DNA of 64,000 bases from contig CBEVQO010000006.1 in NCBI GenBank assembly GCA_965552055.1, positions 1 through 64,000 on the forward strand, written 5' to 3'. The notes beneath the pieces were generated by a model. The model saw nothing but the letters and a program-made list of their open reading frames with translations, ran no database searches and was not told where the DNA came from. Of the stretch, positions 9,039-17,758 are shown one piece after another. A program made the position numbers and the translations under genes. Every line of letters starts with the position of its first letter. The stretch's first letter is position 1. The DNA is from an uncultured bacterium. GTDB taxonomy: Bacteria; Hydrothermota; UBA3073; NMUJ01; CBEVQO01.

Positions 9039-9832
9039 CCCAGCCTCCTCAGAAATTCATCTGCCAGTAGCTTAAAATCTTCTGCTCCTGAACTGCGGGG
9101 GTCATGATGCAAAACAGATACCCCAAAACTCGGTGCCTCAACTATTCGAACAGTATCTCTTATCATAGTAGAAAATAACTTATCACCAAAACGCTCTTTT
9201 AAACTATTCACCACATCATGACAGATTTTTCTCCTGCTGTCAAACATGTTCGCTATTATCCCAAAAATCTCAAGAGAAGGATTTAACCTTTCTCTTATCA
9301 CCTGAATTGTATTCAAAAGCTTACTCAAGCCTTCAAGTGCAAAGAATTGTGTCTGCACAGGTATTAAAACCCAGTCAGCAGCAGTAAGAGAATTCACAGT
9401 GAGTAAACCAAGAGATGGCGGGCAATCCATAAATATAAAATCAAAATCATTTTTGATATTCTTAACTGCTTCCCGTAAGAGCGTCTCCCTTCCGATAACA
9501 TCCGCAAGCTTTAAATCGGTACCTGCAAGATTTATGTTTGAAGGTGCTATAAAAAGATTTTTAACATTCGTTTTCATTATAACATTTTCCATTTTTTCTC
9601 CATCGAACAAAATATTTGCCACTGTTCTTTCGAGTTCATGGGGTTTAAATCCCAGATGAATGGTAGAATGTGATTGAGCATCCATATCTATAATTAAAAC
9701 TTTTTTATCATGAAGCTCTGCAAGACATACTGCGAGATTCACAGATACAGTTGTTTTACCCGTGCCACCTTTCTGGTTTGCCACCGCAAAGACATTTTGA
9801 CGCCAAGACATCATACCATCATAATTATTCAA
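9035..9832 (-). CDS. parA: ParA/Soj family ATPase
   Basis: Deviant Walker A ANQKGGTGKTT, IDMDAQ, DCPPSLGLLT, EAPSFG; true start may be ATG 9811 or 9814. Confidence 0.93.
   Translation of the reverse strand: MNNYDGMMSWRQNVFAVANQKGGTGKTTVSVNLAVCLAELHDKKVLIIDMDAQSHSTIHLGFKPHELERTVANILFDGEKMENVIMKTNVKNLFIAPSNINLAGTDLKLADVIGRETLLREAVKNIKNDFDFIFMDCPPSLGLLTVNSLTAADWVLIPVQTQFFALEGLSKLLNTIQVIRERLNPSLEIFGIIANMFDSRRKICHDVVNSLKERFGDKLFSTMIRDTVRIVEAPSFGVSVLHHDPRSSGAEDFKLLADEFLRRLG
9789..9820. repeat. Third, shorter 8-bp array at the parA 5' end
   Basis: AAGACATT TTGACGCC AAGACATC ATACCATC. Confidence 0.6.
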
Positions 9833-10478
9833 TCCAGATTTTTAAAGTTCTTCTGTTTCTTTCTGCTATCATCCAGAAAAGACCGGTGAAAAAGCCAGCA
9901 AGGTGGGCAGTAAAGGCTATCCCGGATACTGTAACAACAGAAAGCATAGAACCTATAAGCTGAAGTATAACCCAGTAAATGAGGTAGATAAAAGCAGGTA
10001 TCCATATTAGTCTGAAAAAGAAAGGAAAAAGTGGCACCAGTGTTAAAATCCTTGACCTCGGATATAAAACAAGATACCCTCCCATTACCCCTGAAATAGC
10101 TCCACTTGCACCAACCATCGGAATCCTGGAATCCCACAGGGCTACGCTCTGAACAAGAGCAGCAGATAGTCCGCATCCCAGATAAAAAATCAAAAATTTA
10201 AAATGCCCAAGAAAATCCTCAACATTGTCGCCAAAGATATACAAAAAAAGCATGTTGGAAGCAAGATGAAAAAGTGAACCATGTAAAAACATGGAAGTAA
10301 ATAAAGTGTGCAATTTTTGAAACTTTATTATGTTCGACGGAATACATCCATATTGATATATCATAAATTTCTGTCCGTTTATCATTTCGAGAATATAAAC
10401 ATAAACATTTGAAGCTATAATCAAAATCATTATTATTGGGAAATGTCTGGATGGGGTATCGTCTTTTAAAGGAATCAC
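9825..10478 (-). CDS. Rhomboid family intramembrane serine protease
   Basis: SMFLHGS..HL.SNMLFL, GASGAISG, AHLAGF. Confidence 0.95.
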   Translation of the reverse strand: MIPLKDDTPSRHFPIIMILIIASNVYVYILEMINGQKFMIYQYGCIPSNIIKFQKLHTLFTSMFLHGSLFHLASNMLFLYIFGDNVEDFLGHFKFLIFYLGCGLSAALVQSVALWDSRIPMVGASGAISGVMGGYLVLYPRSRILTLVPLFPFFFRLIWIPAFIYLIYWVILQLIGSMLSVVTVSGIAFTAHLAGFFTGLFWMIAERNRRTLKIWIE

Positions 10479-11386
10479 TATCCTCCGAAATAGGAAGCTC
10501 TTTCTATATCTTCGGGTCTAATTGCATCAAGGTCAAGTGAGTTGAGATTTTCCATAAGTTTATCAAGCACATCGTCGAAACTTTCTTCAACTATTCTTTT
10601 ACGCTTTATCGGATTGACCAGCGAAATCACATATTGCCTTATAAATGGATGCTTTACTCCTCTATTTCTCAATTCAACTATAATCTCATTGACTTTGTTG
10701 TGTAATTCTTCGATTCTATCTGCCATTGCTTTTCTCTTTTCTATCGCGGTTACAAGTGGCTCTGTGAAGAACATATCTACTTTTTTAATTATTGGCTCAT
10801 AAGCGGTTCCTGAGAATTTTTCTCCCTTTTCCATCTTTCTCTCATAAACTATTCCAAATGTAATGTAATGTGCTGAGTCAAACTGAGGAGCAAAATCTGC
10901 TTCTATTAAATCGGGATTCTTCTCCATCAAATTTCTATACATTCTTATCACTTCCAGACTTTTATCCCTCAAATCCGGAACTTTTTCTGTGTTTAGAGCA
11001 AGGATGTAAGATGCTACTTTTTCATCAGGGACAAGTACTGCTGTTATTTCTGATGCATTAAGTTCTCTCATAGCAACTAGACGATGATGACCATTAGGCG
11101 TCCAGTATTGCCCATCTTCCGTTCTTATCACAAGGATTGGGTCTATAAACCTTTGGGTCTTTGCTATCACCATTTTCAATCTTTCGCAGTGAGTTTCCGA
11201 GATATCCCTCTGGAAAGGAGCGGGTTGAATCTTATCAATGGGAGCCACGATAAAGAATTGCCAGTAGCCGTTTAAGGGTTCTCTGTAAGCAGCAAGCACT
11301 TTTATTCCGTCGGCTTCTACCTGCTCTATTATCCTTTTCGTCTCCTCATCCAAAACTTCACCCCTTGGATAAATCGCCACATCCAT
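10478..11386 (-). CDS. ParB/sulfiredoxin-like N-terminal domain protein without evident HTH
   Basis: PFQRDIS, DPILV, PNGHHRL motif, ALNTEK. Confidence 0.8.
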   Translation of the reverse strand: MDVAIYPRGEVLDEETKRIIEQVEADGIKVLAAYREPLNGYWQFFIVAPIDKIQPAPFQRDISETHCERLKMVIAKTQRFIDPILVIRTEDGQYWTPNGHHRLVAMRELNASEITAVLVPDEKVASYILALNTEKVPDLRDKSLEVIRMYRNLMEKNPDLIEADFAPQFDSAHYITFGIVYERKMEKGEKFSGTAYEPIIKKVDMFFTEPLVTAIEKRKAMADRIEELHNKVNEIIVELRNRGVKHPFIRQYVISLVNPIKRKRIVEESFDDVLDKLMENLNSLDLDAIRPEDIERASYFGG

Positions 11387-11473
11387 AGCAAAATATTATA
11401 TTCAAAATTTGGATTTGTCAAGAACAAAATGAAATGGCTTGACAATTGAAAAATTTTATTATAATATATCAAA
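11387..11473. promoter_or_regulatory. Back-to-back divergent promoters
   Basis: Minus: TTGACA 11421-11416, N15, TATAAT 11400-11395. Plus: TTGACA 11439-11444, N15, TATAAT 11460-11465. Confidence 0.8.
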
Positions 11474-13630
11474 ATGATTTATTTTGTCTTGATATCTGCC
11501 ATAATAATGGGGAGGGTAACAGATAAAGAAACTGGTAAGCCCATTTATCTCTGTACGATTTCACTTGAAGGTACGAGATACTCGGCGTTGACAGATGAGG
11601 ATGGCAGGTTCAAATTAGAAGGCGTTCCTGAGGGCGAATATGTTATAAGGGCAAAGAGGATAGGCTACGAGACAGCAAGAAAGAAGATCAAATTAAATAA
11701 AAAGATTTTAAAGTTAAATTTAAGTTTAAAAAAGACGATATATCGTATGCAGAAGATAACGGTTAGTGCTCAGAGGCAGGCTTTTAAGACCGAGATCGAG
11801 GTCAGCACAAGGACTGTTTTCACAGAGCAATTCCTAAGGGCACCTGCTACTCTTGAGCCTGATGTTATGAGGGTGGTGCAGGCTCTACCCGGTGTTTCAT
11901 CTGTAGCCGATTATTCCGCTGCTCTGTTCGTAAGAGGTGGTCGTCCCGATGAAAATCTAGTTTTGCTCGATGAAAATGTTGTTTTTAATCCTCAGCATTT
12001 CGGTGGCTTCTTCTCTACTTTCGATGCAACAGCTGTGCGTTCGGTTCGCCTCTATGCTGGCGGTTTCCCAGCAGAATTCGCAGATAGACTCTCATCCGTT
12101 ATGGATGTGAGAACAAAAGAAGGAAGAAAAGATAAAATATCGGGAGATATAGAGATTAGTTTATTATCGTGCAAATTAAATTTAGAGGGTCCCATTTTCA
12201 AAGAATCAAATTTCATCTTCACCGTAAGGAGGACATATTTCGATAAAGTCCTTCCTTTGTTTCATTACAAATTTCCTTATTACTTTTATGATTTATATTT
12301 TAAACCGACATTCAATTTTAAAGGAGCAAAATTAATGTTTTCAAATTTCATTTCACATGATAGATTAAAACTTTCCGAAAAAGATTTTTATCTGTCTTTT
12401 GACTGGATCAATGCTGTAAATTCGTTTCACTATTTTAAGAAGTTAAGCGAAAATTCTTTTTTACATCTGGTTTGCGGGCATTCATATTTTAAAACCAGCT
12501 GGGATGTGCTATCCTCAATAGGACTTGATAGCGAACTAAAGGAGAAATTAATAAAATTTTATGTATCAAAAGAAAAGGGTGCTGACAAAATAAAAACAGG
12601 GGCAAACATAATTTTTGACAATTTTTACTATTATCAGTATGTACCCGGAGAAGGTTTTTCTTTTAAGGAAAGTGCTTTTTATCCTTCCCTATTTTTGGAC
12701 CTCATAAAAAGTTTAGGTAGCCCATTTTTGATGCGACTCGGTTTAAGAATAAATTACTTTAAAACCGAAGAAAAGAGATTTAATCCTGTTTCTCCCAGAT
12801 TTTCTTTAAAATATTTTATAGATGATAATACTGCGATTGCTTTTTCAACTGGCTATTATACTCAATTTTTCGTGGCTCCTTCACCCAGGCGAACCGTTAT
12901 GCCGCCTTTTATAACCGCATGGATGCCAGTTGTTGGCAAATATGAGTATGAGAGGTCAATCCATTTTGTTTTGAGTTTCGAAAAATGGATAGGGGATTAT
13001 AATTTATCAATTGAAACTTATTACAAAATTTATCCTTATATCCTTGATATGAAGGAGATGCAGAATATCAATTTGAGAGATTGGGAAAATACTTTGTTTG
13101 ATGAGGGTAAAGGCGAGGCGTACGGAGTTGACTTTATGATAAAGAAGAACATTGGCAGATTAACTGGCTGGCTCAGTTATTCACTTTCTTTTGTTAAATA
13201 TAAATTTGATACACTTTCTTATTATCCATCTCATGACAGGCGTCACAATTTAAAGATTTTATTGTTTTACAACTTAAAAGGTGGCAAAGTTTTATCTTTT
13301 AGTTTTACTTATGCATCAGGGAATCCCTATACTGCGATTGTATCTAGGTGTCGCAAATGGCTTTACGATTATCAGCGCGATAGATGGGAATGGGAGTGGG
13401 TTGACCTTGAGGGCAGTTTCAACTCTTCACGCTACCCTGCTTATCACAGAGCAGATGTATCGATATCCATCCCTCTCAATAGATTTAACTTTAATTTAAG
13501 TTTTATAAATATTTATAACAGGAAGAATGTTTTCTTTTATTACTGGGATTACTCAAGGGAGCCTCCTGTCAGGAAAAGGGTCAACATGATTCCTTTCTTC
13601 GTCTCTGTTGGAATTAAAATAAAATTATGA
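11474..13630 (+). CDS. TonB-dependent receptor with N-terminal carboxypeptidase-regulatory-like domain
   Basis: GRVTDKETG.P, LPGV, LFVRGG.PDENLVLLD, GGFPAEF..RLSSV, HDRRH, YHRAD. Confidence 0.92.
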   Translation: MIYFVLISAIIMGRVTDKETGKPIYLCTISLEGTRYSALTDEDGRFKLEGVPEGEYVIRAKRIGYETARKKIKLNKKILKLNLSLKKTIYRMQKITVSAQRQAFKTEIEVSTRTVFTEQFLRAPATLEPDVMRVVQALPGVSSVADYSAALFVRGGRPDENLVLLDENVVFNPQHFGGFFSTFDATAVRSVRLYAGGFPAEFADRLSSVMDVRTKEGRKDKISGDIEISLLSCKLNLEGPIFKESNFIFTVRRTYFDKVLPLFHYKFPYYFYDLYFKPTFNFKGAKLMFSNFISHDRLKLSEKDFYLSFDWINAVNSFHYFKKLSENSFLHLVCGHSYFKTSWDVLSSIGLDSELKEKLIKFYVSKEKGADKIKTGANIIFDNFYYYQYVPGEGFSFKESAFYPSLFLDLIKSLGSPFLMRLGLRINYFKTEEKRFNPVSPRFSLKYFIDDNTAIAFSTGYYTQFFVAPSPRRTVMPPFITAWMPVVGKYEYERSIHFVLSFEKWIGDYNLSIETYYKIYPYILDMKEMQNINLRDWENTLFDEGKGEAYGVDFMIKKNIGRLTGWLSYSLSFVKYKFDTLSYYPSHDRRHNLKILLFYNLKGGKVLSFSFTYASGNPYTAIVSRCRKWLYDYQRDRWEWEWVDLEGSFNSSRYPAYHRADVSISIPLNRFNFNLSFINIYNRKNVFFYYWDYSREPPVRKRVNMIPFFVSVGIKIKL

Positions 13631-14358
13631 GAAAGCTCTTATTGATACTTCTTTTCCTATCCTGTGCTGTAAGTGAAGAAAATTATCAGAAAAAATATGT
13701 TTTGTATTGCGAACTTGACCCCTATTTCAAATATCAGAGGATTATTTTCGATAGCACTTACAGGGTTGATGCACCAATTACGGATACCGCAGGGATTTCA
13801 GGGGCTGATATTTTCCTAATAAGTCAGGAAGGAGAAACAATTAAATTTGAAGAAATACAGGATAGCATTCCTGGAGTTTATTTCAGCAAAGATACTTTTT
13901 GCATAAAACCCTCTCAAAAATATTATTTGTATCTTCAATATAAAGAATTTTCTCTCAAGGATTCGGTTTTTATCCCGGGTGATTTTAAAATTTTAACATG
14001 GAAAGATGGGGATACCATTTCTGAAGACAGTATTCCCAAGCTTTTATGGACTCACAGCGATAGTGCAAGCATTTACTATCTCTTAATTTACCCGGAAGAT
14101 ACTTCTTTGTGGTTATTTATCCATGAAAATATTGCGGAAATTACAAGCAAGGACACCTTTGTTGAGCCACAATTTGTAAAGCCATATCTCGAATCGCTTC
14201 CATCGAATACTCAAATGATCTTAAAAATAAGGGCAGTTGATAAGAATCTGGAAAAATATGGAACAGGATTTTATTCTTATGATTGCATACCAAATCCACA
14301 GGTCATAGGGGTAATCGGTGCATCACTCACAAAAGAAATAAAATTCACCAAGAAATAA
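13627..14358 (+). CDS. Lipoprotein (DUF4249-like) associated with the TonB-dependent receptor
   Basis: Lipobox-like FLSC; overlaps TBDR stop; ISGA.I, PG.Y. Confidence 0.65.
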   Translation: MRKLLLILLFLSCAVSEENYQKKYVLYCELDPYFKYQRIIFDSTYRVDAPITDTAGISGADIFLISQEGETIKFEEIQDSIPGVYFSKDTFCIKPSQKYYLYLQYKEFSLKDSVFIPGDFKILTWKDGDTISEDSIPKLLWTHSDSASIYYLLIYPEDTSLWLFIHENIAEITSKDTFVEPQFVKPYLESLPSNTQMILKIRAVDKNLEKYGTGFYSYDCIPNPQVIGVIGASLTKEIKFTKK

Positions 14359-14914
14359 TATCTTCGCCAAAAATTAATTCTGTGAGATGATGTTCAACGA
14401 TTTTATCTTTCATTCTTTCCCTTTCTTTTAGCATTTCTTTTAACCTTTCTATCTCCCTTTCGAGGCGCTTTATCCTCATCTCTCTCAATCTTTGCCTCAT
14501 TTCAAATATTTGATATAATAAATCCTTTAACTCTTTTTTTATCTTTTCTCTCTTCTCTTCTGATTGCTCTCTCTTATATTTTATTGCCATATCAAAAGCC
14601 TTTCCTTCCAATCTTGCTATTTTTTCTGCAAGTTTGTAAGCTTCCGGGTCAACTTCTTTCAGGTGCTCAAGTTTCATCATTATTTTAACAATACATCTTA
14701 TCTGATGACCAAATTTCATGGGTTCTTCTTCCTTCATCTTCATCATCTCTTCGTATTTTAAGGGAGCATATTCTCTTATGAAATTCAGAGCTTTTTCTAT
14801 AATTTCTTTACGCTCCTCAGGGGGTAGCATACCTGGATGGGGTGGCTCATAGGGATGATGGGGGCAGTGCGGACCCCTTGCGATTAAACCAAGCATCAAA
14901 ATTACTCCTGCCAT
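14345..14914 (-). CDS. Periplasmic alpha-helical protein (Spy/CpxP-like), His/Pro-rich N-terminus
   Basis: Charged coiled-coil; third gene of an ECF sigma/anti-sigma cassette. Confidence 0.55.
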   Translation of the reverse strand: MAGVILMLGLIARGPHCPHHPYEPPHPGMLPPEERKEIIEKALNFIREYAPLKYEEMMKMKEEEPMKFGHQIRCIVKIMMKLEHLKEVDPEAYKLAEKIARLEGKAFDMAIKYKREQSEEKREKIKKELKDLLYQIFEMRQRLREMRIKRLEREIERLKEMLKERERMKDKIVEHHLTELIFGEDIISW

Positions 14915-15237
14915 AAGCCCTCCTTTTTAAATTCTTTTACCAGATCTTCAATTTCATATTCGATGAAAGTTATTTTTGCATCGATATCTTTATTTTTCCC
15001 CGGATGATAAAATTTCAAAAGTGAAAACAAAATTCCAGCGCATCCGGCTCCTATCAGTATATATTTTGTTATTTTTGGTAATCTCTTTTTTCTGTAAAGG
15101 CGTAAAATTTTTGCGAAATCCTGTAAATCTTTTTGACAGGAAGGACATTCCTTTAAATGTTTCATAAATTCTTTCTTTTCTTTGCCTTTCAATTCACGAT
15201 ACAGGTATAAAATCAATTTTTCCTTATCGCACTTCAT
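14902..15237 (-). CDS. Anti-sigma factor, zf-HC2 type
   Basis: HLKECPSC (HxxxCxxC) plus one TM helix, downstream of ECF sigma. Confidence 0.88.
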   Translation of the reverse strand: MKCDKEKLILYLYRELKGKEKKEFMKHLKECPSCQKDLQDFAKILRLYRKKRLPKITKYILIGAGCAGILFSLLKFYHPGKNKDIDAKITFIEYEIEDLVKEFKKEGLWQE

Positions 15238-15700
15238 AATCTTTTAAAATCTTCCTTAACTTTTGCAAAGTTCTATACATCTTTGATAAAACAGTTCCCA
15301 GAGGCAATCCCATAATCTCTGCAATCTCTTTAAATGATAATCCTGAAATCTCTTTTAAATAAAAGATTTCTCTTTCGTCAAAAGATAACTTTTTAAGTGC
15401 GTTCTCAATATCTATTTTCAATTCAAAGTTAATCTCATTTGCCGGAATGTCTTCTGTTAATTCTTTTTCTTTTTTTCTTTTTCTATGCATATCGATTATT
15501 TTTGTTCGTGCTATTTTAAAAAGCAGGCTTTTAAATTTGCCCTTATCCTGATAATTATCACGATGCTTTATTACGGATAGCCACACTTCCTGCAATATAT
15601 CTTCTGCATCCGCTTCATTATCAACGAATTTCAGAATAAAATTCATCAGAATCTCCCTGTATTTTTTAAAAAGCTTGCCGATTTCATCTTTCTCCATCAT
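15224..15700 (-). CDS. ECF (sigma-70 group 4) RNA polymerase sigma factor
   Basis: DAEDILQEVW, FKSLLFKIA, GLSFKEIAEIMGLPLGTVLS. Confidence 0.95.
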   Translation of the reverse strand: MMEKDEIGKLFKKYREILMNFILKFVDNEADAEDILQEVWLSVIKHRDNYQDKGKFKSLLFKIARTKIIDMHRKRKKEKELTEDIPANEINFELKIDIENALKKLSFDEREIFYLKEISGLSFKEIAEIMGLPLGTVLSKMYRTLQKLRKILKDYEVR

Positions 15701-15701
15701 A

Positions 15702-16244
15702 TTATAACGATTTTTCTATCTTTTTTATTGCATTGAGAATTAAACCGGCAAAGATACCTGTTACTGCACCTGTACCGCATCCCCACAGGATTAAAAAAGG
15801 CAAGAGCGAAAAGATAGCATCTGACTTTATAAAAATAAAGCGCGCAACTAAAATCTGGGATAAATTATGGAAAACAGCACCGATTATACTTATTCCTATA
15901 AAACTGAAAAATTTACCAAAAAATCTTATAAAAAGCCACATAAAAAAAGTAGATGATAAACCTCCTGCCAGTCCGAACACCAAATTTGGTGAGAATAAAA
16001 GTCCTGTTAAAAATAAGCCAAGAGCAGTGCGAAGCAATGATACAATTATGCCTGTTTTTAAATCATAAAGATAAAGAATGCAAAGTATGAATGCATTTGA
16101 TAATCCTATACGCAAATAGGGGAGAGGTTTTGGTATTAAATTTTCTGCAGAATAAAGGAAAATAGAGAAAGCGGTTAAAGCCGATATTTTCGCTAAATCT
16201 CTTATTTTAATATGTGATGGCATCGACTTTCGCTTTACCTTCAA
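15702..16244 (-). CDS. Gx transporter family protein (heptaprenyl diphosphate synthase component I-like)
   Basis: ENLIPKPLPYLRIGLSN, SIIGAVFHNLSQ. Confidence 0.85.
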   Translation of the reverse strand: MKVKRKSMPSHIKIRDLAKISALTAFSIFLYSAENLIPKPLPYLRIGLSNAFILCILYLYDLKTGIIVSLLRTALGLFLTGLLFSPNLVFGLAGGLSSTFFMWLFIRFFGKFFSFIGISIIGAVFHNLSQILVARFIFIKSDAIFSLLPFLILWGCGTGAVTGIFAGLILNAIKKIEKSL

Positions 16245-16569
16245 TTTTAATAATTATGCGATTCGGGATGCAAACAATGACTTCACCTGGTTTAGAAATT
16301 GGAGACATTTTTTTACAAATTTTCAAAGGACAATGAGTTTCACGGACATAAACTTTTCCCTTTTTTATTTCGACAACATATTTGCCGTAGCGGGCATCAA
16401 AAGTGAAAATTTTATCATGCCAAAGTGGGGAAGATGCCAAAATTTTTCCATCTTTGTAAATGACGACCTGTAAATTTTTCTGTGAAGATTTTTTAAACAG
16501 TAAAAAAGCGGATAATGAAACCAGAAAGCAAATGAGCAAAATATCGCCTATTTTAATTTTTAGGCCCAA
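16207..16569 (-). CDS. NusG domain II-containing protein (DUF1312)
   Basis: CPLKIC...ISKPGE.IVCIPNRIII; usual neighbour of Gx transporter. Confidence 0.88.
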   Translation of the reverse strand: MGLKIKIGDILLICFLVSLSAFLLFKKSSQKNLQVVIYKDGKILASSPLWHDKIFTFDARYGKYVVEIKKGKVYVRETHCPLKICKKMSPISKPGEVIVCIPNRIIIKIEGKAKVDAITY

Positions 16570-16652
16570 GGCCCTATCTTTTCCAATGCATCGAGCAATT
16601 TTTTATATGTTTTTATTATTTCTTCATTCTTATTTTTATTAACATCCGACAT
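16560..16652 (-). CDS. Putative 30-aa small protein (below ORF-track cutoff)
   Basis: MSDVNKNKNEEIIKTYKKLLDALEKIGPWA*, preceded by GGAAGGGGGGGTGAG; stop overlaps next gene's TTG start region. Confidence 0.5.
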   Translation of the reverse strand: MSDVNKNKNEEIIKTYKKLLDALEKIGPWA

Positions 16653-16704
16653 CTCACCCCCCCTTCCACCTTATTTTTAACAAACATTGTGTCAAACTTT
16701 TTTA

Positions 16705-16736
16705 TTGACATCCGAATGATTGAATTAAAATTTATG
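16705..16736 (+). promoter_or_regulatory. Promoter, leaderless arrangement
   Basis: TTGACA 16705-16710, N15, TAAAAT 16726-16731, 5 nt, ATG 16737. Confidence 0.7.
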
Positions 16737-17384
16737 ATGGGAATTTTAGCAATAATTATAAATTTCTCTTCGCTTAATAAAGATTTATTATATTGCGATA
16801 TATCATTTTTTTGTCTTAAAATTTATTCTTTTGAGACGGTTGAGGTTCCTCCTCTTATTATTTGTTCTATTGCGGACATTCGTCCTTTCAAGTTTAAATT
16901 CAATTTTGGAAAACTGGATTTAGGAGTAGGGACACTTGAACTTCCTCCCCTTCCTTATTGGCCTTCTACCCTCTTTTGGATGGGATTAATACCTCTCGAT
17001 TTTTCTTTTAAATTTTACAAAGATTTTTATTTTAAATTAAAGATGAATGCCGTTGAATATTTCTATCTTTACTTCAAAGATGAATTTTTAAAAGGTGGTT
17101 TTCAAGTAATCTGGTTACCTTTTGTCGGATGGTATGTAGAAGATGAACCTAAACTTTTGGGCATTTTACATAAATTACAAAAAGAAAGGTTCTTTTGTTA
17201 TATAAATGCTGTTTTAGGAATGAGATTACCTGAAATAAAAAAAGGAAAAAGTTATAAAACAATGTCCCCTGAAATTCTTTTTTCACTAGCTTTTCATCCT
17301 TTTCGATCAAACGCTTCTTTTATAAAAAAATTTGTGATTTACATTTTCTTCAGTACAAATATAGAATGGGGTAGGAGGTTGTAA
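16737..17384 (+). CDS. Hypothetical protein (aromatic-rich, possibly outer membrane)
   Basis: Open frame with its own promoter; no recognisable motif; start moved to ATG 16737. Confidence 0.55.
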   Translation: MGILAIIINFSSLNKDLLYCDISFFCLKIYSFETVEVPPLIICSIADIRPFKFKFNFGKLDLGVGTLELPPLPYWPSTLFWMGLIPLDFSFKFYKDFYFKLKMNAVEYFYLYFKDEFLKGGFQVIWLPFVGWYVEDEPKLLGILHKLQKERFFCYINAVLGMRLPEIKKGKSYKTMSPEILFSLAFHPFRSNASFIKKFVIYIFFSTNIEWGRRL

Positions 17385-17385
17385 T

Positions 17386-17726
17386 AAAAATTTTTAATGC
17401 GAGGCGTAGCCGAGCCCGTTACATATGGGTTGTGAGCCAACACCCCGAGCGGTTAGAGCTGAACCGCATTTTGTTGGTGTGTTTGTGGTTTGTTTCATTT
17501 ATTGGGTTTTGAAAGCGTATGAGGGTATTGGTTGCGAACCTGACTTTTTATGTGTGAGGCGTATAAAGTGCGGTGGTGCGGTTTGTGGTGGTTAAGGATT
17601 TTGCAGGAGAATTTGACTAATTACGGGAAGGAGGTTTAAAAAGCCACATTGGTGTCAAGGCGGTGTCTTGCGTAGCGAGGGGTGTGCACGAGGGCGGTGG
17701 GGACAGGGAGGCGGGGCTAAAAATTA
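17386..17726 (+). repeat. Dispersed non-coding element, copy 3 (long, about 340 bp)
   Basis: Starts AAAATTTTTAATGCGAGGCGTAGCCGAG, ends GGTGGGGACAGGGAGGCGGGGCTAAAAAT; G/T-rich interior; no ORF of 60 aa or more. Confidence 0.85.
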
Positions 17727-17758
17727 TTGACATTTTAAAACATCGATTATAATTTAGA
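17727..17758 (+). promoter_or_regulatory. cysS promoter, leaderless arrangement
   Basis: TTGACA 17727-17732, N15, TATAAT 17748-17753, 5 nt, GTG 17759. Confidence 0.8.

Noticed and set aside
16690..16695. Minus-strand TTGACA upstream of the 30-aa ORF
   Set aside because: No TAnnnT at 15-18 nt spacing, so not counted as a promoter; it is an exception to the N15 pattern
17386..17726. Possible T-box riboswitch or tRNA/known ncRNA upstream of cysS
   Set aside because: No T-box consensus, terminator or cloverleaf seen; the cysS promoter lies downstream of the element, so it is not in the leader
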